Below are positions 10,540 to 23,108 of a stretch of DNA of 64,000 bases, piece after piece; position 1 is the first letter of the stretch, and each line of letters opens with the position of its first letter. Source of the stretch: Mobula hypostoma (taxonomy: Eukaryota); contig NC_086097.1 of NCBI RefSeq assembly GCF_963921235.1, positions 226,674,001 to 226,738,000 on the forward strand, given 5' to 3'. Position numbers and translations under genes: made by a program. The notes beneath the pieces were generated by a model, which was not told the DNA's origin, searched no databases, and saw only the letters and a list, made by a program, of their open reading frames with translations.

Positions 10540-11510
10540 GAGGCCACATTCAAAACGGCTCAATAATAGCACCTCTGTCCTGCTATCAACAGCAGCTGCA
10601 CCTCAAGGATTTGTGCTTAGCCCACTTCTCTACTCGCTACACTTATGACTGCGTGGCTCAGCACAGCTCAAATGCCGCCTGTAACTCGCTGATGACACCA
10701 CTGTTGTTAGCAGAATCTCAGCTGGCAATGAGGAGGTTTACAGGAGTGAGACAGACCACTGATTGAATGGTGTCGTAACACCAACAACCTACTTCAGCAA
10801 GCCCAACGAACGGAATGTGGACGTCAGGAAGGGGAAGTTGGGAGAACACATGCCAGCCCTCAGTGAGGGGTCAGTGGTGGAAAGGGTGAACAAGTCCCTG
10901 GGTGTCAGCACGTCTGAGGATCCGTCCTGGGCCTGGAACATGAATGCAATCACAAAGAAAGCATTCCAGCAGCCCTGCTTCATTAGGAGTTTGAGGTGAT
11001 GTGGCGCATCACCAAAGACTCCTCCCAATTTCTACAGATGTCCAGTGGGGAGCATTCTGACTGGTTGCATCACGTCTGGTATGGAGCCTCCAATGGGCGG
11101 GATGCAAGTGTCTCCAGGGAGTTGCAGACTCAGCCAGATCCACCATGGGCACACTCTCCCCACCAGTGAGCACACCTTCAGGAGACAGTGCCTCAAAAAG
11201 GCAGCAATGATCATTAGGGACCCCCCCCCCAGTATCTGGGATATGTGTTCTTCTCATGACTACCATTGGGGAGAAGGTCCATTACTACAATTGGGGAGGA
11301 GGTACGGGAGCCTGAAGACCCACACTCAACATTTTAGGAGCAGCCTCTTCCCCCCCCCCCGCCATCAAATTTCTGAATGGTTCATGAGCCCACGAACACT
11401 ACCTCATTATTCCTTTTATTTTGCATTTTATTGTTACTTTACCAATTTATATGTCTTTGCCACTGTGCTGTTGCTGCAAAGCAGTGAATTTCATGTCATT
11501 TGTCTGATTC
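10540..11510 (+). mobile_element. Rex1/Babar-like LINE 3' fragment (decayed)
   Basis: AAPQGFVLSPLL..YTYDCVA, NFYRCPVGSILTGCIT, GRRYGSLKTHTQHFRSS motifs; tail ending ...ctgattc. Confidence 0.8.
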
Positions 11511-11599
11511 CAAGATATAAAATTTACTTTTAATCTCTTGGTAAAAAGGAATGAAAAATGGTGACCGGCGTTTATTATTTTGTAAGTTTTTTGACCTTT

Positions 11600-11950
11600 G
11601 TACTCCATAATTGTTTAGGTAATTATTTGCAGTGCAGTCACTGCCACAATGAAGAGAAGATGCACAGTCATCTTCTAATAGATGAACTGCAATAATGACT
11701 AGATAATCTGTTTTTGTGGTGTTAGTTGGGGGATAAACATTAACCAACACACTAAAGATAACTCTCCTACTCCAGAGTAACAGCATACGATCCTTCACTT
11801 ATATCTGAAAAGCTAGTCAGGGCTTCAGTTTAAAGCTTCACCTGAAAGGCATCACTACAGAGCTTCACTGCATGGTAGCCAACCCTTGTATGATCATATC
11901 TCCAGAAAAGGGTGCTCAGAGACACCAGCAACTGAAGCACAGCTGAGACG
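11600..11950 (-). mobile_element. Ancient Deu-domain SINE (SacSINE1/AmnSINE1-like), degenerate
   Basis: gtgttagttgggggataaacattaaccaacac...gggcttcagtttaaagcttcacctgaaagg...actgaagcacagctga resembles the recalled reverse strand of the Deu domain and tRNA head. Confidence 0.6.
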
Positions 11951-12179
11951 GGCCACAGTAAAGAAAAGTCCTTTGATAAACTGTCTGAAAAGGTTGGCGT
12001 TAAGGAGTCACACTGTGAAACTCCTGTGTGATATTGTAAGGAAGTAATGAGTGGTTTCTGTCAATACAACGAAGAATGAGTCTAGGCATAGGACAGTGTC
12101 CTGTTTATCCCAGTTGATCTGAATTTTATTTGAGGCCAATGCGACCTTGGCCGAATAGAGTGCTGATGAAAAGAATAAC

Positions 12180-12535
12180 TACTGAATGTTGAAAGGACTA
12201 GATAGGGTGGATGTGGAGAGGATGTTTCCGATGGTGGGGGTATCCAGAACTAGAGGGCACAGCCTCAGATTTCAGGGGCTACCCTTTAGAACAGAGATTT
12301 TTTTAGCCAGAGAGTGGTGAATCTGTGGAATGCTCTGCCATTGACTGCAGTGGAGGCCAAGTCCATGCGTATATTTAAAGTGGAAGTTCATTTTTTGATC
12401 GGTCAGGGCACCAAAGGATATGGCAAGAAGGCAGGTGTATGGGGTTGAGTGGGATCTGGGATCAACCATGATGGAATGGCGGAGCAGACTGGATAGGCTG
12501 GATGGCCTAATTCTGTTCCTATGTCTTATGGTCTT
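12180..12535 (+). mobile_element. CR1 LINE 3' end
   Basis: ttttttagccagagagtggtgaatctgtggaatgctctgcc (FFSQRVVNLWNALP) followed by CR1 3' UTR ending cctatgtcttatggtctt. Confidence 0.85.
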
Positions 12536-12669
12536 AACCCCTCACTCCTCTCCTCTATAAATAAACTCATGTCCATGTCAGAACTGGAGTTTGACAGTCA
12601 CTAGCTCAAATCTGTCTTTAATGTACTGAGCTTTTAAAATAGTCAGTTAGAAGGAGACTCTTCTTGATT

Positions 12670-13790
12670 TCAAAGTTCAAAGTACATTTATTACCAAAAT
12701 AACTATATACTATACTGAGATTCATTTTCTTGCCGGGATTCACAGTAGAACAAAGAAGTGTAATAGAATCAATGAAAAACTACATCGAAGCAAAGACTGA
12801 CAAGTGACCTATGTGCAGAAAAGACAACTGTGCAAATAGAAAAAAAAGATGATAATAAATAAATAATATATCCTTGAAAGAGAGTCAATAGGCTGTGTCC
12901 AATGATCACTTCAGAGATGAGTTGAGTGAAGTTAGTCATAGTCATACTTTACTGATCCCGGGGGAAATTGGTTTTCGTTACAGTTGCGCCATAAATAATA
13001 GATAGTAATAAAACCATAAATAGTTAAATAGTAATATGTAAATTTTGCCAGGAAATAAGTCCAGGACCAGCCTATTGGCTCAGGGTGTCTGACCCTCCAA
13101 GGGAGGAGTTGTAAAGTTTGATGGCCGCAGGCAGGAATGACTTCCTATGACGCTCTGTGTTGCACCTCGGTGGAATGAGTCTCTGGCTGAATGTACTCCT
13201 GTGCCCACCCAGTACATTATGTGGATGGGAGACATTGTCCAAGATGGCATGCAACTTGGACAGCATCCTCTTTTCAGACACCACCGTGAGAGAGTCCAGT
13301 TCCATCCCCACAACATCACTGGCCTTACGAATGAGTTTGTTGATTCTTTTGGTGTCTGCTACCCTCAGCCTGCTGCCCCAGCACACAACACGCTGGTTCA
13401 GGAATCTGATGGTTGAAGGGTAGCGACTGTTCCTGAATTTGATGGTGTGAGACTTAAGGCTCCTGTACCTGCTTCCTAATGGCAACAGTGAGAAGAGAGC
13501 ATGGCAACACACGCAAAATGCTTGAGGAACTCAGCAGGTCAGGTAGCATCTATGGAAATGAATATCCATAGATATTAATGATTATTGATGTTAATAATAG
13601 TTGATTATCGATGTTTCAGGTCGAGACTATGCTAGATATCCTTGATGATGGATGCTGCTTTCTTGTGCTCCTAGCTGACTTACTCAGTTTTGGAGAGGGA
13701 TTTGCCTTGATGCACCACATTTTGCAGGTGTTTCCATTCTTAGGAATTGGTGATTTGTAGTAGATTTTTTTCAACCCTCATGGAGTTGTA
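12670..13790 (-). mobile_element. Nested Rex1/Babar-like LINE 3' fragments (younger copy ~12935-13388 inside an older one), also interrupted by a Penelope-like fragment at ~13505-13630
   Basis: Chimeric ORF 13072..13512 (LFSLLPLGSRYRSLKSHT.. fused to VVCWGSRLRVADTKRINKLIRKA..); separate tails at 12670 and 12935. Confidence 0.75.
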
Positions 13791-15399
13791 CCAAAGATCT
13801 GGCAATACACACTTTGTGCATAGAAAGTTAAATTCCAGAAAGCTATTATTCCCCCAATAAACCTAGGTAGTTCAAAAGAATTACCATTCCTCTCCATTTC
13901 AATTACAATTATAATCCTATCCAATTTGTTTCTTCTTCCCTCTTTCATTTTTTGTTTAATTACTGTTCAAGTCATGCCAAAAAAAATAATAGCTACATCT
14001 ATAGTGTACACACATTGCATGACTTTACAGTATGCTGCTCTTGTTGTTAAACTGTACTTGATCTAAATGCTTTTGTTACTCGGGTGCAACATGAAGTGTG
14101 TTACGAAGTGCTGTGAAATTGGCAGGCTAAAGGGCAAATTTCTTATTCAATTCCTTTAAATTAACCACACAGCTCTGTTCAGCAGCATGTCTTAATTAGA
14201 AACTGGCATTAGTTCTAATTGTTTGCAAATTAACAAGGCTGCATGTAAATAGTGATAATAACTTTAATTGCACTTTAGCAGTATTGTAGTTAATAAGGTC
14301 TAAGCAGCATTCCCCATGTTAAGACATTGAGCTTCCAGTTAAGATGCAACACCAACTGTGTGTCAACAGCATCAAGGGTTATATTAAATGATACACCCTT
14401 AGACATCTTACAGAAGCTCCTCAAAGATAAAAGATATGGTTGAGCTCTAGAGGAATCAATATGTCTGATAAAAGGTTTCATCCATTGCTTGTACAGAAAC
14501 AAAAGGTTTCAGCAGTCTAATTAGTCAAAATAAAGGATCAGTCCTGTGCAGAGCAAACTAGCAGCATTGAAGAAGGATTCATTATTTTAGCAGAACTGTA
14601 CAAAGATCTATTTTAAAAATTCCTGCAGCTGCAGTAGTCCTACCTGTTGTTATTTTCCAAGCTCCTTGCACTTCAGTGGGAATCATGTTAGCATGCTGAT
14701 TTAACAAACTCTTCCCTGCGTCTGCTAGTGCTATAAGGCGTTGTAAGGCTGTGGTACATATTTGTAAGGCTGATGACGCTAACGAATCACAGCACAAATG
14801 ACTGAATCGATGTGAAAGCAGCCGCTGCTGTTTGAGAGTATCAATAAATGTACCTTTTTGCCAGAATGGATAAGTGTTGCATTTAAAAGTCATATGGATC
14901 TCTTAATTGAAAGTTAATTTTAAATCAATGAAGAGAGTCATTTAAATATTGATTGTCCCTTTCAATGTGAATTGTTAATGGTTGGGTTTTGTAACAACTT
15001 TGTTTAAGATGCAATCAATAGCACACAATCAGTACATTCCATAAAAGAAAATTGACAGATGTTCTTAAATTGCCTTCTGGGTGTAATAACCTTATCTGCT
15101 TTCATGTATGGCCTGGGATGTCCATGATCCTGTAGCTTTTCTGATAAACGCCTTACATGTTAAAGATTTAAATCAGTGTTGACTTCACTTGTGCAAAGAA
15201 GCATTGTGCAGACAAAAATCTGGTTAAGTCAGTATTAAGAATTTTGAGCATGTTTGAGAGTTATTAACATTATATGGCCTAACATGGGATATCCCTACCA
15301 CTGTTTTCTTTGCATCGTCTCGATGATGCCAATAGCAGGATAATAGCCAAAACTTGTCCCGAGCAAAATGTTCAACTACATTAGTTTAATATTGATCAT

Positions 15400-16078
15400 T
15401 GGTATTGGTATTGGTTTGTTATTGCCATATGTACCTAGACACAGTGAAAAGTTTGTCCTGAATACTCTTCATACAGATCAAATCATTGCACGGTGCATTG
15501 AGCTAGAACAAGGTAAACCAATAACAATGCAGAACAAAGTGTAAAAGCTACAGAGAAGGTGCAGTGCAGGTAAACAATAAAGTAAATTGTGAGGTCAAGA
15601 GTCCATCTTATCCTACAAGAGATTCACTTATGAATTAGGTAACAGCAGGGAAGAAGCTGTTAAAACCTGACGGGATGTGCTTCCAGGTTTTCCTATCCTC
15701 TGTCCAATTAGCGTGGGTAGAAGAGAGAATGTTCGGGGAGGGTGAGGTCTTTGATTACGCTCAGTGCTGTGCTGAGGCATCAAGAAGTGTAGACAGAGTC
15801 CAGAGAGGGGAGGCTGGTTTCTTGATGTGCTGTGCTGGGTCCCCGGCTCTCTACAGTTTCTTGCAGTGGCATGTAGAGCAGTTGCCACAGCAAGCTGTTT
15901 GCAACCAGATAGAAAACTTTCTCTGGTGCATCTACATATACAAATTGTTAAGGGTAGATGGGAAAATGCCAAAATTCTGTCATCCTCCTGAGATAGTAGA
16001 GGTGTTGGTGTGCTTTCTTGACTGCGATATTAGACTGGTTAGACCAGAAGCTATTGATGATGTTCACACCTAAGAACT
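15400..16078 (-). mobile_element. Rex1/Babar-like LINE 3' fragment
   Basis: Minus-strand LTICICRCTRESFLSGC peptide; (accaat)n-type tail near 15400. Confidence 0.75.
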
Positions 16079-16340
16079 CAATTCTACAATAGAAATATGG
16101 CCTATACTTTTTGGATGAGATATAAATAAGAAAGCAAGGAATGGCATCTGATGAAAGAGGTACTGCCAGGCTTCACTGCAAGGCATGCTCATGATTCACC
16201 TTGCAGTCCTCACTGATGCCTGCACACTCACAAAATCTCAAGTCCATGTGTATACAAATCCCTGCCCTGCTCTCAGTAGTCACCTAATCTCTCTGAAGCC
16301 TAACTTTCGAAACCTTCTGGACTCAATGTTGTCATGTTTC

Positions 16341-16730
16341 TTTTTTTTTGGCGTGTGCCTGCGTGCGTGCGAGTCTGTGCGTGTGTGTGCGTGCGTATCT
16401 GTGCATGTGCGTGTGTGCGTGCGTATCTGTGCATGTGCGTGTGTGCGTGCGTATCTGTGCATGTGCATCTGCATGCGTGTGTCCGTGAAGATGTCTTTTT
16501 CATGGTTTTTACGAGGCGCGGAGTGAGAGAGAGACTGTGTGACACACCACCCCTCACACAGACATTTTCACAGTATTTTTCCCTTTGTTTTACGAGGTCG
16601 GGTTGTGATCTCGATACTCAACCCGGCACAAATGGAAAGCGTACTAGGGAGCGGACCCGACTGGTTTTGAACCCGGGAACCTCCGCTCCTGGGTCCGGCA
16701 CCGATGTCATTGTGCCACCAGCCAGCCCAC
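16341..16730 (-). mobile_element. tRNA-derived SINE with microsatellite and A tail, copy 2
   Basis: 14-bp TSD TGTTGTCATGTTTC (16327-16340, 16731-16744); T9 run at 16341; homologous to 3488-3809; internal repeat units gtgcgtatctgtgcatgtgc. Confidence 0.85.
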
Positions 16731-16949
16731 TGTTGTCATGTTTCAAGTGTGAATTTTGCTACTTACGACTCTATACTGGAACGATATTGACCATCATAGT
16801 TGATTTTTGGTCAGTGCAAATTTCACATTTGGTTGCACTGTCTTTACAGATACCTTCTTAGAAACTTCTAACCATCATTTTCCTTGCAGAAGGAAGGTCC
16901 ATTGTGCATGCATTAGACTTCAGCAGCCTGCACAGGTTTCTTTACCACT

Positions 16950-17575
16950 CAGTCCAAGTTCATTGTCATCTGACTGTACATGACCTGAAAGCACACTGAC
17001 CTAGTGATGAGATCTTGGTGGTGGCAGGGTATTCTTTGGTCTCACGCCCTGAGGGAAGAAGCTGCTACACAGTGTGGCAGTCCTCGTCCTGATGCTTCTG
17101 TACCTCCTCAAGGAGGTGTTAAAGATGTCCGTTAAGACCTCTGTTAGCTGTTCCACACAGTCCCTCTGTCCAGCCCCACAGCTTTGCATGGGTTTACCCT
17201 GGCTAGAATCTTTCTCACTTTGGCTACAGCTAGACAGGATGCCTGTTCCTCAGGGGGCGAGGGGGCTTTCCTTGACGTCACACCATTTAAGGCATCAAAT
17301 CATGCATAAAAGGCATTCCGTTTATCAGGAAGGGTTGACATGCAGGGTGGATTTGTAATCTATTATGGTTTGAATACTCTGCCACATATGTTGCGTGACT
17401 CTGTTGTCACAGAGGTGTCTGTGAATGTTCCGCGCTTTGCCTTCCTGATAGCACGGAAGAGTGCAGCTCTTGCTGACCTTAGAGTCATCCTGCCCACTGA
17501 TCTGATCGCTATGTCCCAGTCCCTAAGCAATGCACAAACGTTTGCAGATCAGCCGTGATTTCTGTTTGTAACTCT
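16950..17575 (-). mobile_element. Rex1/Babar-like LINE fragment with internal deletion
   Basis: CVEQLTEVLTDIFNTSL fused directly to RRYRSIRTRTATLCSSFFPQGVR on the minus strand. Confidence 0.75.
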
Positions 17576-17602
17576 CACTTTGGTTAGCGGCTTAATAGAG
17601 GG

Positions 17603-18132
17603 TGTGATAGCCCCCGGCCTGGCCAAATTTAAGAAATCTCGTTTGGGTGGATGCTGCGCGATGTGTCCCATGTTACAAATCAGTACCCCAAAATAACAAA
17701 CAGTACACGATATGCGATTAAACGATTAAGCTTTATAATTCTTACTTTGATTGTATGATTAGTAAAGAAACGATAAAAAGAAAAAAAAAGGGCCCAATCT
17801 TATTAAACAGCCTGTTGTGCAACGTTGGAGCTCACTGATAAGTCAATTGTCCACCATCGACTTCCTCCGATAATCGCTGCCCTTCAGACCCTTGCTCCCG
17901 GTCCCTCTGTCCGGTGGTCTTCCAGCTCTCCCCACACGCGTCTTCCTTATTCTCCTCTCGCCGACTGAAGACCGCGAAAATCTCTCTTCCAGCTCACAAG
18001 AAAGAACAACAGCATTCCAAACCCCGTTGTCTCTAGTCATAACCCAAACATTGCTGCTACAGAGAAACCATTACATTATCAGGGAAACCTTACAGCATGT
18101 TACACAGCAGTGAAACCCTACAGCATGTTACA
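17603..18132. mobile_element. Possible solo LTR
   Basis: TGTGATA...TGTTACA termini, CpG-richer than flanks, duplicated gaaaccytacagcatgttaca at the right end; no TSD recognised. Confidence 0.45.
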
Positions 18133-18594
18133 TTTTTTTTATCTCTTCTGGAGAACTCTACCAAGCCTTCCCATTGGATCATGTGTTTATTCCTTGTCAA
18201 CACTTTCCAGTGGCTGGAAGAGTGTCAGTTGTATTTTGTTTAATGCTTTAAGGGCTCTCTCCTTCTGTTAAGATGCTCAAAAGTAACATTAGCATTTTTA
18301 CTGCTTGTGCCTGTAGTGCTTGAAACAAATTAGTTTTGTATGAGGGAACCTGATATCACTGTTTTTAAATGGGAATTTAACAATTTTCTTAGTTTTTAAG
18401 GGATTTTTTGAAACTGCATGGAGTTGCTTTGCTGCTTTAATGCCCCAAAAATAGTGCAGATGAAATTTTAGGCCAGGAGTTTAATTTCAAGGCAAAAAAT
18501 GGAAAGAGCTTGGAACATGTGTGACATTTTTAATAAAATGAAATTACACAATAGGATAACTCCTGAAATAATGGCTGAAATAATGGTTTACCTT

Positions 18595-18990
18595 CAGAAT
18601 CAGAATCAGGTTTAATATCACTGGCATATGTCATGAAATTTGTTAACTTTACAGCAGCAGTACAATGCAATACATGATAAATTCATATTTACAGTATGTG
18701 TGTGTATATATATATATATATATATAAAATAGTTAAGTTAAAAATTAGTGCAAAAATTTGGATGGCAAAGAGGAAGAAGCTGTTCCTGAATGGTTGACTG
18801 TGTGCCTTCAGGCTTCTGTACCTCCTTCCACATGGTAGCAATGAGAAGAAGGCAGGTCCTGGGTGATGAGGGTCCTTAATGCCGGACATCGCCTTCGGAC
18901 GGCACCGCTCCTTGAAGATGTCTTGGATGCTACTCATGATGGAGCTGACTAATCTTACAAATTTCTGCAACTTACTTTGATCTTGTGCTG
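18595..18990 (-). mobile_element. Rex1/Babar-like LINE 3' end with (TA)n microsatellite
   Basis: IKDPHHPGPAFFSLLPCGRRYRSLKAH; (tcagaa)n tail at 18595. Confidence 0.8.
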
Positions 18991-19482
18991 TTTAATTTAT
19001 TGTGTATGCTCATATGTATGAGTATTATTGGAAAAAGCTACAATTGTTTTCAATATCATCATAAACTATCATAATGTGAGTGTAATAGATATTGTACTGC
19101 ATTCATTGAACTAATAACATTAACACCTGTTTTCAGACACAAGCCTAACTTTGAAGAAAATCAATGTTATTGCATAAAGCATCAGAAAATAAATATATGT
19201 ACAATTTATCTTAGATGAATACCAGGCATAAGCTACATTACATATTCCTTTCTATGCATGATTTTCTTTAGTGTTTATCAAAATAGACATTTCTATATGT
19301 GCTTATGGAGCTGAATTTCAACAATTTCATTTTCTCTTCTGAGCTATTTTTCTTTCTAGAAGTAAATGTCATTGCTTCAATTACTTTGGATTTGAAGAAT
19401 CAACTAATCTAGTGAAAAGAGTACACGTTTTATTTTTGGATCTTTTGGCTTATATAGTAGAATAAGGCAAGTAAATCTATAA

Positions 19483-20207
19483 ACGCAAACACGAGGAAAT
19501 CTGCAGATGCTGGAAATTCAAGCAACACACACAAAATGCTGGTGGAACGCAGCAGGCCAGACACCATCCATAGGAAGAAGCACAGTCGACGTTTCAGGCC
19601 GAGACCCTTCGCCAGGACTTCAATTTGAGCTCAGCATGCGTGCAGGAAGCAGCGCCAATGCAGTCATTGATGTAGCGAAGGAAATGTGGGGGACAGATAC
19701 CAATATAGGCTTGGAACATGGACTGTTCCACAAAGCCAACAAAAAGGCAGGCATAGCTGGTACCCATACGGGTGCCCATGGCTACACCTTTAATTTGGAG
19801 GAAGTGGGAGGAGCCAAAGGAGAAATTATTGAGAGTAAGGACTAATTCTGCTAGACGGAGAAGAGTGTGGTGGAGGGGAACTGGTTAGGTCTGGAATCCA
19901 AAAAGAAGCGGAGAGCTTTGAGATCTTTCTGGTGGGGGGTGGAGGTATATAGGGACTGGACATCCCTATATACAGTATAAAATTATACAGTATTTTCCAA
20001 TCAACTTTCCAGCTCTTAGCTTCTTCCCTCCCCCTCCTGTCTTCTCCTATCATTTCGGATCTGCCCCTCCCCCTCCCACTTTCAAATCTCTTACTATCTC
20101 TTCTTTCAGTTAGTCCTGACAGAGGGTCTCAGCCCGAAACGTCAACTGTACTTCTTCCTATATATGCTGCCTGGTCTGCTGCGTTCCACCAGCATTTTGT
20201 GTGTGTT
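19483..20207 (-). mobile_element. Penelope-like element: pLTR end + reverse transcriptase fragment + inverted pLTR
   Basis: Minus-strand peptide GVAMGTRMGTSYACLFVGFVEQSMF...FLRYINDCIG (PLE-type RT motifs; YIDD mutated to YIND); mutated hammerheads at ~19584-19619 (-) and ~20110-20148 (+). Confidence 0.9.
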
Positions 20208-20217
20208 ACCAACAATT

Positions 20218-20385
20218 ATTCCATGGTCAAAGTCAATTGGAACACATTTCTTCCCCGTTCTGATGTTTGATCTGAACAACAACTGAATCTTTTGACTATG
20301 CCTGTGAGTTGCTGCCACATGATTTGCTGATTTAGATACAGTATTTGTATGAACAAGCGGGTGTACCTAATAAAGTGACCAAAAT
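20218..20385. mobile_element. Tc1-like MITE end fragment
   Basis: Ends in ggtgtacctaataaagtgacc, resembling a recalled fish Tc1-type TIR; partner end not found. Confidence 0.45.
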
Positions 20386-20660
20386 GTACTAAATTAGAAA
20401 AAAAGTGTATTGTTGATTTATTATTTCACTGAATATATCTCCAAAATTAAAACTCTCTTCTACTTAAAGCACGTTCTAAAATTAATTATTGTAGTTTATA
20501 ATTGCACTAATTTATTAATCTACATGGATGATACATAGAACAATAAATGACTTGAATTTTCAGAAATATGAAACAGACATTACAATTCAGCAGAAGGCAT
20601 AATATATACAGTATATATATTTTTACTTTATCGCAAACTTAATGGTGAGTCTATTTGACC

Positions 20661-20791
20661 AACACACACAAAATGTTGGAGGAACTCAGCAGGCCAGATA
20701 GCGTCTATGGAAAAGAGTAAACAGTCAACATTTTCGGCCGAGATCCTTCATCAGGACTGGATTTCCAGCACATGCAGATTTTCTCTTGTTG
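20661..20791 (-). mobile_element. Short Penelope-like insertion with hammerhead-like motif and inverted terminal tail
   Basis: Reverse complement CCAGTCCTGATGAAGGATCTCGGCCGAAAATGTTGACTG; flanked by imperfect direct repeats ggtgagtctatttgacc / ggtgaacctattgatc. Confidence 0.75.
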
Positions 20792-21996
20792 GTGAACCTA
20801 TTGATCATTTGCATAAAGTAAACTAGTAAATCAATGGACTTACAATAATTACTCCAACAGCCAGTGCATTGTTGTCACTTTTATTACTGTATGGCCAAGT
20901 TCAATTTGTTCAGCATCTCCTTTCTTGAAAACAACTTTTAAAGAGATTAACCATAAAGCTGTGGTACCCATTTTGTGCATATCACTTTTGCATGCGAAGA
21001 TGATGTTACTGAGAAGGGGCTTGAGGTTTGGCTGATGGATTTTATTTGTCTGATAGAGTTGACCAGGGAAATAGAGCTGCAGCTGGTTACTTCATTAGGT
21101 TCTCTCATTGATTGAACCGTGCTGAAGTGATGCAGCCAGCTCCACGATAACTGCTGGTAATAGAACAAAATGAATTCTTATCACAGAGATTGGAAAGGCC
21201 ATTAACCTCGGCCTCCAGTGCTTTCAGAAGTTATAGACAGGAAACTGTCTGATGACTGGCAAAACTGTTTTCTGTCTAACCACAGGTCACATTGGAGGGC
21301 GTGTGGGAATTTTTACCCTTCAGCTTCTACATAGATGAAACAATTAAGAGGCAGATGTTTAAAATCATCATTTAATAAAGAAAAAAGAGGAAGAAAATAT
21401 CAAAATAGAAAGGATTTTATCTTGATTTATTTTTAATGCAACAATAATTATTTTTCATGAGGGCAATTGCTCATCCAAGGACAATGATGTCACCAATATT
21501 AACTGGCAAAATATTAGAGTATTATGTCTACACAACATTCAGTTTTGGATTACTGTTCCCCTCATCCTGCTTCAGTGGTGAGCAAAATCTTATCCATTCA
21601 GATGTACGTACATCTTCTGTTTCAGTGATATCTGCTGCTGAGCATCTTGTAAAACTTAAGAGATCCAACCATAAATGGTGTGTACATATATCAAAATTTG
21701 CTATTTTCCCCCATAAATATAGAGTTAACTGGTTAATTCACTATTAATTAATTATAATTATAATTAGTCTTTTTGAGCCAAGCAGTAGCTGAGTGAAACA
21801 AGGGAGAGAAAATACTCTACAGCCAATCAAATTAGACATCTGTGAAGATGTTTAACATGCAAATGTATAATTCCACTGGAACGTGGCACATTTGGCTACG
21901 TTTTCTGAGCTATACGTGCGGGAAAAATGGCAGATTAGTGATTGCTGCCTTAATGTTGTGACCTTGAATGAGATTAAGGCACTTGATGATAAATGT

Positions 21997-22156
21997 CGAC
22001 GTTTCAGGCGGAGACCCTTCATCTTGACGAAGGGTCTTGGCCCGAAACGTCAACTGTGCTTCTTCCTAAGGATGCTGTCTGGCCTGCCGCATTCCACCAG
22101 CATTTTGTGTGTGTTGCTTGAATATCCAGCATCTGCAGATTTCCTCGTGTTTGTGG
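21997..22156 (+). mobile_element. 160-bp fold-back Penelope-like insertion centred on two abutting hammerhead halves
   Basis: 10-bp TSD TGATAAATGT (21987-21996, 22157-22166); cgacgtttcaggcggagacccttc-atc-ttgacgaagggtcttggcccgaaacgtcaactg. Confidence 0.85.
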
Positions 22157-22819
22157 TGATAAATGTAGTCACTTGCCTTGGCTGAGAGAAACAATTGCTA
22201 AATTGTATTGGTGAAGAAAGCATACAGTACCAATGGCTATATGAGCTAAAAGATAGATTGCAGATCAAATCAGTTGTATGCTAACATTATTGTGGCTCCT
22301 CCCCATCCATCTAGTCCCTCCATCTTGAAAGAGACTTGGGCCAATTACTGTAAAGGTGCAGGATGTGGCCATATCCTGTAGTTCCTAACTGCATTATTTA
22401 TGTGTGTGTCTACACTTGATCTCTTTTCTTTTGAATAGAGAAAACATCTCTTAACTGTCTTCCCAATCAGTATTATAATAATCATTAAATAACACTTTGT
22501 GGGATGATGAATCAAGATGACGTATAACGGAGAAAAATGCAACGTGCTTGTAGAAAATTGAAGACTACAATCTGTAGATCAACAATCAAATGTCACATGA
22601 TTCATGCATTATACATTTGTTAACGTGCAAAATCGGATGCCAAACCAATCTGACTAATGAGCATAAGTATACCGTGTAAGATAATGCACACTTCTTGGCT
22701 TCTATTAGTTATCGTAATTAGTGCAATAGCATAGCATTTACTGGATATACTCTGGTTCAGTGTTAAATGCCACTCGATAAAACTCAAATGAAGTGCATTG
22801 GGCCTTTTTAAGTTTTGTA

Positions 22820-23108
22820 ATTTATTTATTGTTTATTCATTGACATTTAGCACTGAGGAGACCCTTCTGTCCTTTGAGCCGTGCTGCCCAGTAATCCCCC
22901 GATTTAATCCTAGCCTAATCGTGGGATAATTTACAATAACCAATTAACCTACCACCCAGTAGGTCTTTGGAATGTGGGAGGAAACTGGAGCACCCTGACA
23001 AAGCCCACATGTCATGGGGAGAACATTCAAAGTCCTTACAGGCAGCGACAGGAACCCAAGTCGATGGTACAGTAAAGCGTCTTGCTAACTACGAAGCTAC
23101 CGTGCTGT
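22820..23108 (-). mobile_element. V-SINE/HE1-like SINE
   Basis: tctttggaatgtgggaggaaactggagcaccc core; homologous to other copies. Confidence 0.8.

Noticed and set aside
16185..16861. Cys/Val/His-rich ORFs resembling metal-binding proteins (also 3425-3895)
   Set aside because: Translations of the SINE microsatellite tract.
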